In this document: in pieces, positions 7,830-15,431 of the stretch | How the letters are laid out: each line of letters starts with the position of its first letter | Position numbering within the stretch: position 1 is the stretch's first letter | Assembly (NCBI GenBank): GCA_016649835.1 | Contig: JAENWX010000002.1 | Coordinates: forward strand, 1 to 41,801 | From: Minisyncoccota bacterium | GTDB taxonomy: Bacteria; Patescibacteriota; Minisyncoccia; Phycocordibacterales; UBA9973 | Length of the DNA stretch: 41,801 bases | Direction of reading: 5' to 3' | Translations under genes and position numbers: made by a program | Notes under the pieces: model-generated | Told to the model about the DNA's origin: nothing | Database searches by the model: none | What the model saw: only the letters and a program-made list of their open reading frames with translations

Positions 7830-9188
7830 TTATTTAAACATAATTCTAATTTTTTCAATTTCTTGTAATAAAGATGGATCTGTTTTTAAATCCACTTTTA
7901 TTTTTAAATGAGAGTGGATAACTGTTGTGTGATCTCTATCCCCCAATTTTTGACCTATTAATGGATATGAGATATTAAAATCTTCACGAAGTAGATACAT
8001 AGCAACCTGACGAGCTCTGACTATTTCTTTTCTTCTTGTTTTTTCATATATAACTTCTTCTGCAAGCCCGTAATAATCAGCAACAATTTTAACAATATCT
8101 TTAATAGCAACAGTCTTTTTGGGTCTAATATTATTCTTTATAAGAAGTTTAACTTCTGCAAGTGTTAGACTTCTATTTTTCAATTGAGACTGGCAAATAA
8201 CGGTATTTAGGCTACCTTCTAACTCGCGAATATTACCCTCAAGAGATTCTGCTAAAGAAGAAACAATTTCTGGTTCGATTATGCAGTTAGTTGATTCAAA
8301 TTTTGCTTTTATTATAGCTACTCTAGATTCATAATCTGGTTCAACTATTTGTACTGTCATACCAGAAGCAAAACGAGATTGCAGTCTTTCTTCTAATCCT
8401 TGAATAAAATTAGGGTGCTTGTCTGAAGAAAAAATTATTTGTTTGTTGCTCTCATACAGTGTATTAAAAAGATGGAACAACTCTTCTTGGGTTTTATCTT
8501 TTCCAGAAATAAATTGTATATCATCCATAATGATAACATCGTACTTTCTATATTTTTCTTTGAAAGAGTTTGGATTTTTGTTTTGAATAGAATTAATATA
8601 ATCAATAGTAAAGCGCTCCAAAGAAACATAATAAATCTTTTTTAGTGGATGATTTATTTTAATTGTGTTACCTATAGCTTGAATTATGTGTGTTTTTCCT
8701 AATCCTGTTCCCCCATAAATAAAAAATGGATTATAGTTTTGGCCCGGGTTTGATATTATTGCTTGAGCAACAGCATAAGCAAGCTCGTTGAAAGGACCAA
8801 CAACAAAAGAATTAAAATTATATTTAGGATTTAAATTGTCTTCTTTGTTTAAATATAAATCATTTAAAGGAAGTTCTTTTGTTATATTTATAGCTTTCTT
8901 TACAACAACCCCCTCATCTGTTTTGTTCTCGTTTTTAGGATCATGTTTGTGTATTGAATATTCTACACCACGAATAGTTTCATCGTTTCCTATCAATGTT
9001 TTTAGTATTAGTTTATGAAACTTATTGTAAAGCCAGTCTTTTACAAACTCGTTTGGAACACCAACATGTATAACACCACTATCCTCTTTGATAATATATG
9101 TATTTTTAAACCAAGTAGTGAAATTAGCCTTTGAAATATTTAGTTCGATTTCAGATAAGCATTTATCCCAAAGTTCTTTTTTTTCCAT
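7830..9188 (-). CDS. dnaA: Chromosomal replication initiator DnaA
   Basis: Walker A GGTGLGKTH, DDIQFISGK, C-terminal DNA-binding motif DHTTVIH. Start moved to MEKKELWDKCL (9188), which sits 7 nt after a TGTATAAT box. Confidence 0.93.
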   Translation of the reverse strand: MEKKELWDKCLSEIELNISKANFTTWFKNTYIIKEDSGVIHVGVPNEFVKDWLYNKFHKLILKTLIGNDETIRGVEYSIHKHDPKNENKTDEGVVVKKAINITKELPLNDLYLNKEDNLNPKYNFNSFVVGPFNELAYAVAQAIISNPGQNYNPFFIYGGTGLGKTHIIQAIGNTIKINHPLKKIYYVSLERFTIDYINSIQNKNPNSFKEKYRKYDVIIMDDIQFISGKDKTQEELFHLFNTLYESNKQIIFSSDKHPNFIQGLEERLQSRFASGMTVQIVEPDYESRVAIIKAKFESTNCIIEPEIVSSLAESLEGNIRELEGSLNTVICQSQLKNRSLTLAEVKLLIKNNIRPKKTVAIKDIVKIVADYYGLAEEVIYEKTRRKEIVRARQVAMYLLREDFNISYPLIGQKLGDRDHTTVIHSHLKIKVDLKTDPSLLQEIEKIRIMFK

Positions 9189-9195
9189 AGTGTTT

Positions 9196-9203
9196 ATTAT
9201 ACA
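9196..9203 (-). promoter_or_regulatory. Extended -10 box TGTATAAT, 7 nt upstream of the dnaA ATG
   Basis: Gene-sense AATGTATAAT-AAACACT-ATG. Confidence 0.6.
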
Positions 9204-9255
9204 TTGTTTTCCAATTCTCCAAAAATTCAATACCTTAATTAACATGTTGATATCG

Positions 9256-9264
9256 TGTGGATAT
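9256..9264. promoter_or_regulatory. DnaA box (TGTGGATAT) in the dnaA/rpmH divergent promoter region
   Basis: Complement is ATATCCACA, 8 of 9 matches to TTATCCACA. Confidence 0.5.
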
Positions 9265-9280
9265 GTTTTTTCCTTTTATG

Positions 9281-9309
9281 TTGCAAAGTTCGATAATATA
9301 GTATATATT
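9281..9309 (+). promoter_or_regulatory. rpmH promoter TTGCAA-17 nt-TATATT, with the -10 box 7 nt upstream of the ATG
   Basis: Spacings counted directly; no Shine-Dalgarno. Confidence 0.6.
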
Positions 9310-9316
9310 ATCCAAT

Positions 9317-9457
9317 ATGTCTCAAACGTACCAACCAAACAAAAGAAAAAGAGCTAAAACACACGGCTTTCTTGTTCGTGCTAAAACACCAAATGGTAGA
9401 AAAGTAAACACTGCTAGACGCCAAAAAGGTAGAGCCAACGTATCAATAAAGAAATAA
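9317..9457 (+). CDS. rpmH: 50S ribosomal protein L34
   Basis: 46-aa [49 protein letters not shown], too short for the ORF track; classical rpmH-rnpA-yidD-yidC synteny. Confidence 0.9.
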   Translation: MSQTYQPNKRKRAKTHGFLVRAKTPNGRKVNTARRQKGRANVSIKK

Positions 9458-9459
9458 AT

Positions 9460-9780
9460 ATGTTTCCAAAGAAAAAGCGGGTTACAAAAGGAGTTTTTCA
9501 AATCTTGCTAAAGGATGGAAAAACCTTTTCCACCAAGCTTTTTTTGTTTTATTTTCAAAAAAACGACTCCCCTCAATATGCAATAGTGGCACCAAAAAAT
9601 ATATTTAAAAACGCAGCCAAAAGGAATAAATATAGAAGAATTGGTTACAACATACTAAGATCTGTTCCTATAAAATCAGGTTCAGGTATTTTTATGTATA
9701 AAAAACCAACTATTACGGCAAACAACAAAGAAATTAAAGAAGAAATGTTATTTATATTAAATAAATTCAATATCATTTAG
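9460..9780 (+). CDS. rnpA: RNase P protein component
   Basis: 106-aa basic protein directly after rpmH and before yidD/yidC. Confidence 0.8.
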   Translation: MFPKKKRVTKGVFQILLKDGKTFSTKLFLFYFQKNDSPQYAIVAPKNIFKNAAKRNKYRRIGYNILRSVPIKSGSGIFMYKKPTITANNKEIKEEMLFILNKFNII

Positions 9781-9826
9781 TAGTTTTTAATAAAATACGC
9801 TTCCAATAAGGAGTATTTGTAATGGA

Positions 9827-10033
9827 GTGAAAAAAGTAATAATTTGGCTTATAAATATTTACCAAAAAACACCATTAAGGTCCCATTCCTCGTGTGTTTT
9901 TTTGCCAACTTGTTCTGAATACACCAAACAGTCTGTATTTAAATATGGAGCCCTGAGAGGCACTTTACGAGGCATTAAAAGGATTTTACGTTGTCACCCT
10001 TGGCAAAAAAACCACTATGATCCGGTAATATAA
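9827..10033 (+). CDS. yidD: Membrane protein insertion efficiency factor YidD
   Basis: LINIYQ..., CVFLPTCSEY, RCHPW motifs; GTG start. Confidence 0.88.
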   Translation: MKKVIIWLINIYQKTPLRSHSSCVFLPTCSEYTKQSVFKYGALRGTLRGIKRILRCHPWQKNHYDPVI

Positions 10034-10065
10034 TTACCAATTACTAATTAATGATTACTAATTGA
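10031..10065 (+). repeat. Heptamer array TAATTAC CAATTAC TAATTAA TGATTAC TAATTGA starting with the yidD stop codon
   Basis: Read directly; the first TAA is the stop codon. Confidence 0.75.
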
Positions 10066-10150
10066 AAAATAACTACTAATAAGATGACTAAGGGGTAAAA
10101 TTGGGATATAAAAAAACAGGAAAATCAACTTTTTATTTTTTGTCTTCTTG

Positions 10151-10159
10151 TGATACAAT
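10151..10159 (+). promoter_or_regulatory. Extended -10 box TGATACAAT, 6 nt upstream of the yidC ATG
   Basis: TGATACAAT-AGGACA-ATG. Confidence 0.55.
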
Positions 10160-10165
10160 AGGACA

Positions 10166-10906
10166 ATGTCAGCATTATGGAACTCTATATTTTATAATCC
10201 TATATATAACATTCTTATTTTTATAATAGACAACATCACTTTTGGGGATGTTGGTTTTGCTATTATTTTAGTAACTATTATTGTTAAATTGGCTCTTGCT
10301 CCCCTTACTCGTAAGTCTATTAAAAGCCAGATACTTATGAAGAGGATGGAACCAGAGATAAAGCAAATAAAGAAAGACTATCCAAACAAAGAAGAACAAG
10401 CTAAAAAAACCTTTGAATTATATAAAAAATATGGAACAAACCCATTTTCTGGATGTTTGGTTATAATTATTCAGCTCCCTATAATTTTTGCTTTATATTA
10501 TGTCTTTTATAAAGGACTTTCTATTGATTCAAGTATAATATATTCATTTATACAAATTCCTACTACTTTACACACAAATTTTCTTGGTCTTTTAGAAATG
10601 GGAGAAAAGAGTATTGTTTTAGCCTTCCTTGCTGGTTTAACTCAGTTTATACAAGGATATCTTGCAACTCCTATTAAGCCAAAACTAGAAATAGTAAAAG
10701 AAGAAGACATAAATGCACCTAAAACTTTTCAAGAGCAACTTTCAGATAGTATGCAAATGAACGTAAGATATATATTGCCAATTTTCATAGCCTTTATTGC
10801 CTGGCAAATTTCCGCAGCTGTCGCTTTATACTGGATTACAAGTAATGTTTTTACAATTGTTCAAGAATGGTATATTCGAAGACAGTTGTCTAAAAACTCA
10901 ATATAA
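10166..10906 (+). CDS. yidC: YidC/Oxa1-family membrane insertase (short form)
   Basis: 246-aa polytopic protein; position after yidD; amphipathic basic loop KRMEPEIKQIKKDY typical of short YidC. Confidence 0.85.
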   Translation: MSALWNSIFYNPIYNILIFIIDNITFGDVGFAIILVTIIVKLALAPLTRKSIKSQILMKRMEPEIKQIKKDYPNKEEQAKKTFELYKKYGTNPFSGCLVIIIQLPIIFALYYVFYKGLSIDSSIIYSFIQIPTTLHTNFLGLLEMGEKSIVLAFLAGLTQFIQGYLATPIKPKLEIVKEEDINAPKTFQEQLSDSMQMNVRYILPIFIAFIAWQISAAVALYWITSNVFTIVQEWYIRRQLSKNSI

Positions 10907-10911
10907 ATATT

Positions 10912-11379
10912 ATGTATAAAGAAAAAATACAAGAAGCAGTAGAACAAATATTCAAACATTCAGCCTGTACTATTTCTAAATGTGAGTTTTCTGAAGAAAG
11001 TGGAATGCTTTGGTGTATGATAGAAACTCCAGACTCAAACCTTATGATTGGTAGAGAAGGAGAAACACTTCGCTCCCTAAACCACATAGTTCAAAAAATT
11101 GTAGAAAAAGGATTAATAGAAAAAGAAGAAAAAAGGCCAAGTATATTTATTGATATAAATGGATATCAAAAAAAGAGATTTGAAAACTTGAAAAACATAG
11201 CACACATGATGGCTGAGCGCGCTCGTTATTTTAAGAGTAATATTGAAGTAGACCCAATGCCCGCATTTGAAAGAAGAATAATACATATGTTTCTTGAAGG
11301 ACATAAAGATATAAAAACAGAATCAGAGGGTTATGGTCCAACACGAAGAGTTGTTATTAAATATGTAAATAATGACTAA
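10912..11379 (+). CDS. jag: Jag/KhpB-like RNA-binding protein (KH plus R3H)
   Basis: R3H region FERRIIHMFL...GYGPTRRVVIKY; follows yidC. Confidence 0.8.
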   Translation: MYKEKIQEAVEQIFKHSACTISKCEFSEESGMLWCMIETPDSNLMIGREGETLRSLNHIVQKIVEKGLIEKEEKRPSIFIDINGYQKKRFENLKNIAHMMAERARYFKSNIEVDPMPAFERRIIHMFLEGHKDIKTESEGYGPTRRVVIKYVNND

Positions 11380-11386
11380 TTAATGA

Positions 11387-11415
11387 TTAACCCAGAGGGT
11401 GATTCTGTTGAATCA
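11387..11415 (+). repeat. Family C 3' hairpin motif
   Basis: TTAACCCAGAGGGTGATTCTGTTGAATCA, 8 nt after the jag stop. Confidence 0.75.
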
Positions 11416-11427
11416 TAATTACTAATT

Positions 11428-11458
11428 AAAAACACCTAGGCATCGCCTAGGTGTTTTT
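11428..11458. terminator. Bidirectional intrinsic terminator
   Basis: AAAA-ACACCTAGG-CATCG-CCTAGGTGT-TTTT between convergent genes. Confidence 0.85.
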
Positions 11459-11468
11459 AATTGTATTT

Positions 11469-11503
11469 AATTAGTCATTAGTAATTGGTAATAAGTAATT
11501 ATT
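11469..11503 (-). repeat. Heptamer array (AATTAGT CATTAGT AATTGGT AATAAGT AATTATT) overlapping the stop of the 11499 gene
   Basis: Read directly. Confidence 0.7.
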
Positions 11504-13001
11504 TGAGTTTCAACCCCCACAACGATGAATCTTTTTTGTTTATGAAGAATAGATTGCTTTCAGTTTTATCTAAAAATAAATGAGTTGCATCTATTGGAGT
11601 TTCTTTTCGGGAGTTTGCTATTGTTTCCCATTCCCCATTTACTGTATTAATCTTTATAAAATAATCAGTGAATGATGTTAGTCCTTGGTACCAAGAATCC
11701 GGATACTGGTTTCCAACTACAAGGTTTGGAATACCACAATAAACAGAAATACTATCAATACTCCAGACACATTTTTCAGGTAAACCATATTTATCCAAGT
11801 CGGTACTTATATGGTTACTTATATTAAAAATTTGTAGTTTTGGGCCTGTGGCTGTTGATATACTGTATAAAACAAGGGATCCGTTACGGTTTACAAGAGT
11901 AGTAAGGCCGGGAACTCCACCCATTATTTTAGTAGTAGTTTTACTAGATGCATTTAAAAGAAAGATGCTGCCGTTTGACACATATGAGGCTTTGTTTGTT
12001 AAATATATTCTTTGGTTATTGTCTATTTGTGATAACCATTCTGTAAAAGGAGAATTAAATATCATTTCTTTTTTTGTGTTTCCAAAAAAACCTAAGGTGC
12101 CAGCAGAGCCATTACTATTTCCTGTTAGATAAAAAAATTGAGTTTTATTTGGGGAAATACTAAAATCAAAAATATTTTGAGGTAGAAATTCTCCTTTAGG
12201 AGCGCCCAGTGTTGCCACAAAAGTATCAATCACTTTATTTTCAGAAAGATATCTGTAAACTACGGTCTTGCCTGTGCCGTCAAAAATAGCTTCATAAATA
12301 TTTGGAATAGTAGAGTTTGAGATTTTTTCTTTAGACTGTGTGTCTAAAAACATTTTATAAATATGACCATTTGCTCTCTCCACATATCTTATAGAAGGAG
12401 CTTCTTCTGTTTTTTCTGTGGGGATAACATTTTCTGTTGTTGTTGATTTTGTAAAGTAGGGAGCGGTTTCTGCATCTATAATTCCTGTTACTGTTAGACT
12501 GTTTAAAGTTTGAAATTCTTTTACTGCGTCTGTAACTTTCTTTCCAAAAGCTCCATCAACAACAAGTGGTGGACTAAGAGAAAGAGTCTCGTTTAAAATT
12601 TTTTGTATTTCTTTTCTTCCCTCTTTTGTATTTGGAGAGATAACAGTTTTAATAATTTCTTGTTGTGGGGCTACTTCGGCAGTAGTATCAACTACAACAG
12701 GTCTTGTGTCATCTAAAAAGGTCGCTCCAGCAACAGCAAAATCAGTTATTTGGTAAAACCTTGATACAGAAGTACCAGGTGTTTCTTCTCCTGGAAGTTG
12801 ACCGTCTATTGGTATCTCTCCGTCGGGTCCTGTTACCACATCACTACCAGTTCCAAAAGGATTAAAACTTTGGTACCAAGGAGTTGTCTCAGCTACATTC
12901 CCTGCTCCTTTGTCTTTATTCATCCAGAAAAAAACACCAAGGATAATAACTCCGACGAGAACAAATGTTGTTATAAAAATGATTATTGTTTTTTTAGGCA
13001 T
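11499..13001 (-). CDS. Membrane-anchored protein with a peptidoglycan-binding domain and a beta-rich (propeller-like) C-terminal region
   Basis: N-terminal TM; VVDGAFGKKVTDAVKEFQTLNSLTVTGIIDAETAPYF matches the PG_binding_1 pattern; last gene of the secretion-like cluster. Confidence 0.7.
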   Translation of the reverse strand: MPKKTIIIFITTFVLVGVIILGVFFWMNKDKGAGNVAETTPWYQSFNPFGTGSDVVTGPDGEIPIDGQLPGEETPGTSVSRFYQITDFAVAGATFLDDTRPVVVDTTAEVAPQQEIIKTVISPNTKEGRKEIQKILNETLSLSPPLVVDGAFGKKVTDAVKEFQTLNSLTVTGIIDAETAPYFTKSTTTENVIPTEKTEEAPSIRYVERANGHIYKMFLDTQSKEKISNSTIPNIYEAIFDGTGKTVVYRYLSENKVIDTFVATLGAPKGEFLPQNIFDFSISPNKTQFFYLTGNSNGSAGTLGFFGNTKKEMIFNSPFTEWLSQIDNNQRIYLTNKASYVSNGSIFLLNASSKTTTKIMGGVPGLTTLVNRNGSLVLYSISTATGPKLQIFNISNHISTDLDKYGLPEKCVWSIDSISVYCGIPNLVVGNQYPDSWYQGLTSFTDYFIKINTVNGEWETIANSRKETPIDATHLFLDKTESNLFFINKKDSSLWGLKLK

Positions 13002-13004
13002 AAT

Positions 13005-14258
13005 TTACCATTTTATTATATGATAATGATTTGGTTCACGCATAAATTGAGTTGTTCCTTTTAAAAATACAGGGAAGTTCATTCCGGTTGATTTTATTTT
13101 TGTTTTGCTTTCATCCACGTATTTTACCAATGAAGTAGTTAATCTTAAATCAACAAAACTATTTCCAGGCAGGTGTAGAGTTTTATTTGAGTGTAACCAA
13201 CATTCAGTCCCACCTGTGATTACTATATCACAGGATGGACAAGTACTTTTTTTTAAAGCAATAACACTACTAGTATTTAATCCAGCTAAACTTGTGCATC
13301 CACTTTGTCCAACTTTTGTACAATTAGGAGAATTAACTGTAATTCCAGCAGTAATAACTGCATCTCTCTCTTTTTTATCACTTGCCCACACATCACCGGA
13401 TGTATATTTACCATTACAATATTTACCACTAATAGCAGATTGAGGGGTATCACCATGAACTTCAGGATCTATAACAACGCTGACAGCCTTAATGGTTACT
13501 CCCCTCCCTCCCAGTAAGTCTGGGTTTATTGTGTTTAACAAAGCATATGAACCTAGGGCAATAAGTAATCCAAAGATAGCCTTAGTTATTCTGTCTTTAG
13601 CTTCTGTTTTTCCAAAAATAGATTCGTCTCCCATGTATTGTACTCCGCCAATAACTATCATAATAACAGCAAGTACAGCACATAAACCGAGAGCGATATT
13701 AAATATAGTATTAAAATATGAACCAATATCTTCTGGAGCAGTTTTAAACTCTCCAATTGGAGCGAGGAGTGTATATACCTTAGAATCAGAAGAAGTGTCT
13801 TCTGTTTGAGGTGTAAAGGTTACCGCTTCGTCAGCTGCAGCAGCTAAAATTTCTTCCTTTGTAACTTCTTTTTGAGCAGCAATTACCTCACTGTTTGCAG
13901 CAGCCCATACATCTCTGTTTATAACAGTTAAGTCTTTTTCTAGTTGAGTAGTATCTTGATTTTTTGATTTAGCTTCTGCTATTTTATCTTGATAGTCTTT
14001 TATAATAAGATTAATTTTATTTAAATTGGCCTTAGCCTCCTCTAATTTCTTTTGAGCAGCTTCTAACGTTGTTTCTGCGGTCACTATATTTTTTTCTAAA
14101 GAAACCCCACCCAAATGAGTAAAGACAACATTAAAAGGTAATAAAATATTTATAAATAATATAATTATTAAAAAAGAAAGTGATTGTTTTTTGATACCAC
14201 TATAAATAAATGATAATGAATTATTTTTTACTATTTTATTTTTGTTATTTATTTTCAT
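13005..14258 (-). CDS. VirB2/TrbC-like two-TM pilin module fused to a Cys-rich LAS (M15-type) zinc peptidase-like domain
   Basis: TM, coiled coil, then FNIALGLCAVLAVIMIVIGGVQYMGDES...AKDRITKAIFGLLIALGSYALL (two TM helices with a short loop). C-terminus ITGGTE...HLPGNSFVDL...EPNHYHI fits the H-x-D / H-x-H LAS signature. Confidence 0.6.
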   Translation of the reverse strand: MKINNKNKIVKNNSLSFIYSGIKKQSLSFLIIILFINILLPFNVVFTHLGGVSLEKNIVTAETTLEAAQKKLEEAKANLNKINLIIKDYQDKIAEAKSKNQDTTQLEKDLTVINRDVWAAANSEVIAAQKEVTKEEILAAAADEAVTFTPQTEDTSSDSKVYTLLAPIGEFKTAPEDIGSYFNTIFNIALGLCAVLAVIMIVIGGVQYMGDESIFGKTEAKDRITKAIFGLLIALGSYALLNTINPDLLGGRGVTIKAVSVVIDPEVHGDTPQSAISGKYCNGKYTSGDVWASDKKERDAVITAGITVNSPNCTKVGQSGCTSLAGLNTSSVIALKKSTCPSCDIVITGGTECWLHSNKTLHLPGNSFVDLRLTTSLVKYVDESKTKIKSTGMNFPVFLKGTTQFMREPNHYHIIKW

Positions 14259-14294
14259 GTTTTATTTTATAATGATTTTTAACAGAGATAAGTG

Positions 14295-15290
14295 CTATAT
14301 ATTTATCCTCAATTGGTTGGTAGCTGTCTGGAATAATTCAGAAATATTTTCAATTACAAAATTTATTGTAGCGTAGCCACCTCGTGATGCGGGGCGGATT
14401 GTTAACTCTGTTTTTTTGAAAGGAGTCTGAATACTCTCGTTGTTTATTTTCCAACTATAACTAAAGTCACTCTCATTCCCTTTTAGAGAAATAAAATATG
14501 GCTCAGCAACAACAGTCATTTCGTCTTCTGTCATAAATGTTTCTTTATTCAAAGCGTTGTTGTATAAAACTCCTTCTGTTGGTGACTTTTTATAAAAAAC
14601 CACCTTTGGTTTATATGTTGGTATTGTTATGGTATTTTCTGCTCCATAACTACCACCAACAGACGAGGCGGTAACTTTTATTTCATTAAGCTCATCAAAT
14701 ACACTGTTTTTAAAAACATAAGAATTTTTATTATAGCCAGAAGCAGCTAGAATAACTTCCCCATTGTTTTTCCAAGTATATGTAATACTACCACTACCAG
14801 ATTTTATTGTAGAAGTATTTGGTATTGCAACAACGCGAACAAATCCACCAGAAACAGGAAGGGCCTTCCCTCTATAAAAAGAAGGAACATATCCATCAAC
14901 AGATTCCCAGACAACTTCAACTTCAGAAGGAATTATTGCTATTTTTTTAATAAGAGTACTTACAGAACCCACCACTCGAATATTAACAGTAATAACACTA
15001 ACTATATCAGGACCTTTTGCCGTAAAAGAATAACTTGTTTTTCCTATTCCAGAAAGAACTGTTCCTGTTTCTGTTTGCCAAGTTATAATAGCTTTGTTTA
15101 GGTCGGTTGCGTAACTAGAAAGATTTATAGTTACATCTTGATATGGTTGTGGGTTGTTTGGAATAGTTTCTACGTTTATTTCCCCTTCTTGGACCTCAAT
15201 CTGGGTTTCAGCAATAGAAAAAGACGGTATATTTATTATTCCTAGAATAAAAATTCCAATTAGAAAAAGTTTTATTTTTGTAAATTTCAC
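14295..15290 (-). CDS. Secreted beta-sandwich repeat protein (hypothetical)
   Basis: Signal peptide; about three Ig-like repeats each with a Y-x-W-K-x-N-G/N-like motif. Confidence 0.6.
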   Translation of the reverse strand: MKFTKIKLFLIGIFILGIINIPSFSIAETQIEVQEGEINVETIPNNPQPYQDVTINLSSYATDLNKAIITWQTETGTVLSGIGKTSYSFTAKGPDIVSVITVNIRVVGSVSTLIKKIAIIPSEVEVVWESVDGYVPSFYRGKALPVSGGFVRVVAIPNTSTIKSGSGSITYTWKNNGEVILAASGYNKNSYVFKNSVFDELNEIKVTASSVGGSYGAENTITIPTYKPKVVFYKKSPTEGVLYNNALNKETFMTEDEMTVVAEPYFISLKGNESDFSYSWKINNESIQTPFKKTELTIRPASRGGYATINFVIENISELFQTATNQLRINI

Positions 15291-15333
15291 TCCTTATATT
15301 ATATAATAATCTTGTAAACCAAACAACCCGTAA

Positions 15334-15368
15334 TAATTACTAATTACTAATTAATAATTAATAATTAC
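15334..15368. repeat. Heptamer array TAATTAC TAATTAC TAATTAA TAATTAA TAATTAC
   Basis: Read directly; lies between the VirB4-like stop and the next gene start. Confidence 0.7.
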
Positions 15369-15369
15369 A

Positions 15370-15389
15370 AACCTGCCTGCCGGCAGGTT
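15370..15389 (-). terminator. Hairpin AACCTGCC-TGCC-GGCAGGTT downstream of the VirB4-like gene
   Basis: 8-bp GC-rich stem followed in gene sense by T-rich TGTAATTATTAATT; a degenerate copy of the same sequence lies at about 22996-23010. Confidence 0.6.
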
Positions 15390-15431
15390 AAGAACTAGGG
15401 TCAAAATACAGACACATAGAGATGAAGGTTT

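Noticed and set aside
9088-9357. 89-aa + strand ORF spanning the dnaA start region and rpmH
   Set aside because: It is antisense to dnaA for most of its length and out of frame with the clear L34 ORF (9317-9457).
11383-11418. Mini-ORF across the family C motif (MINPEGDSVES)
   Set aside because: The copy at 23034 has an in-frame stop and other copies lack ATG. It is a by-product of nucleotide conservation.
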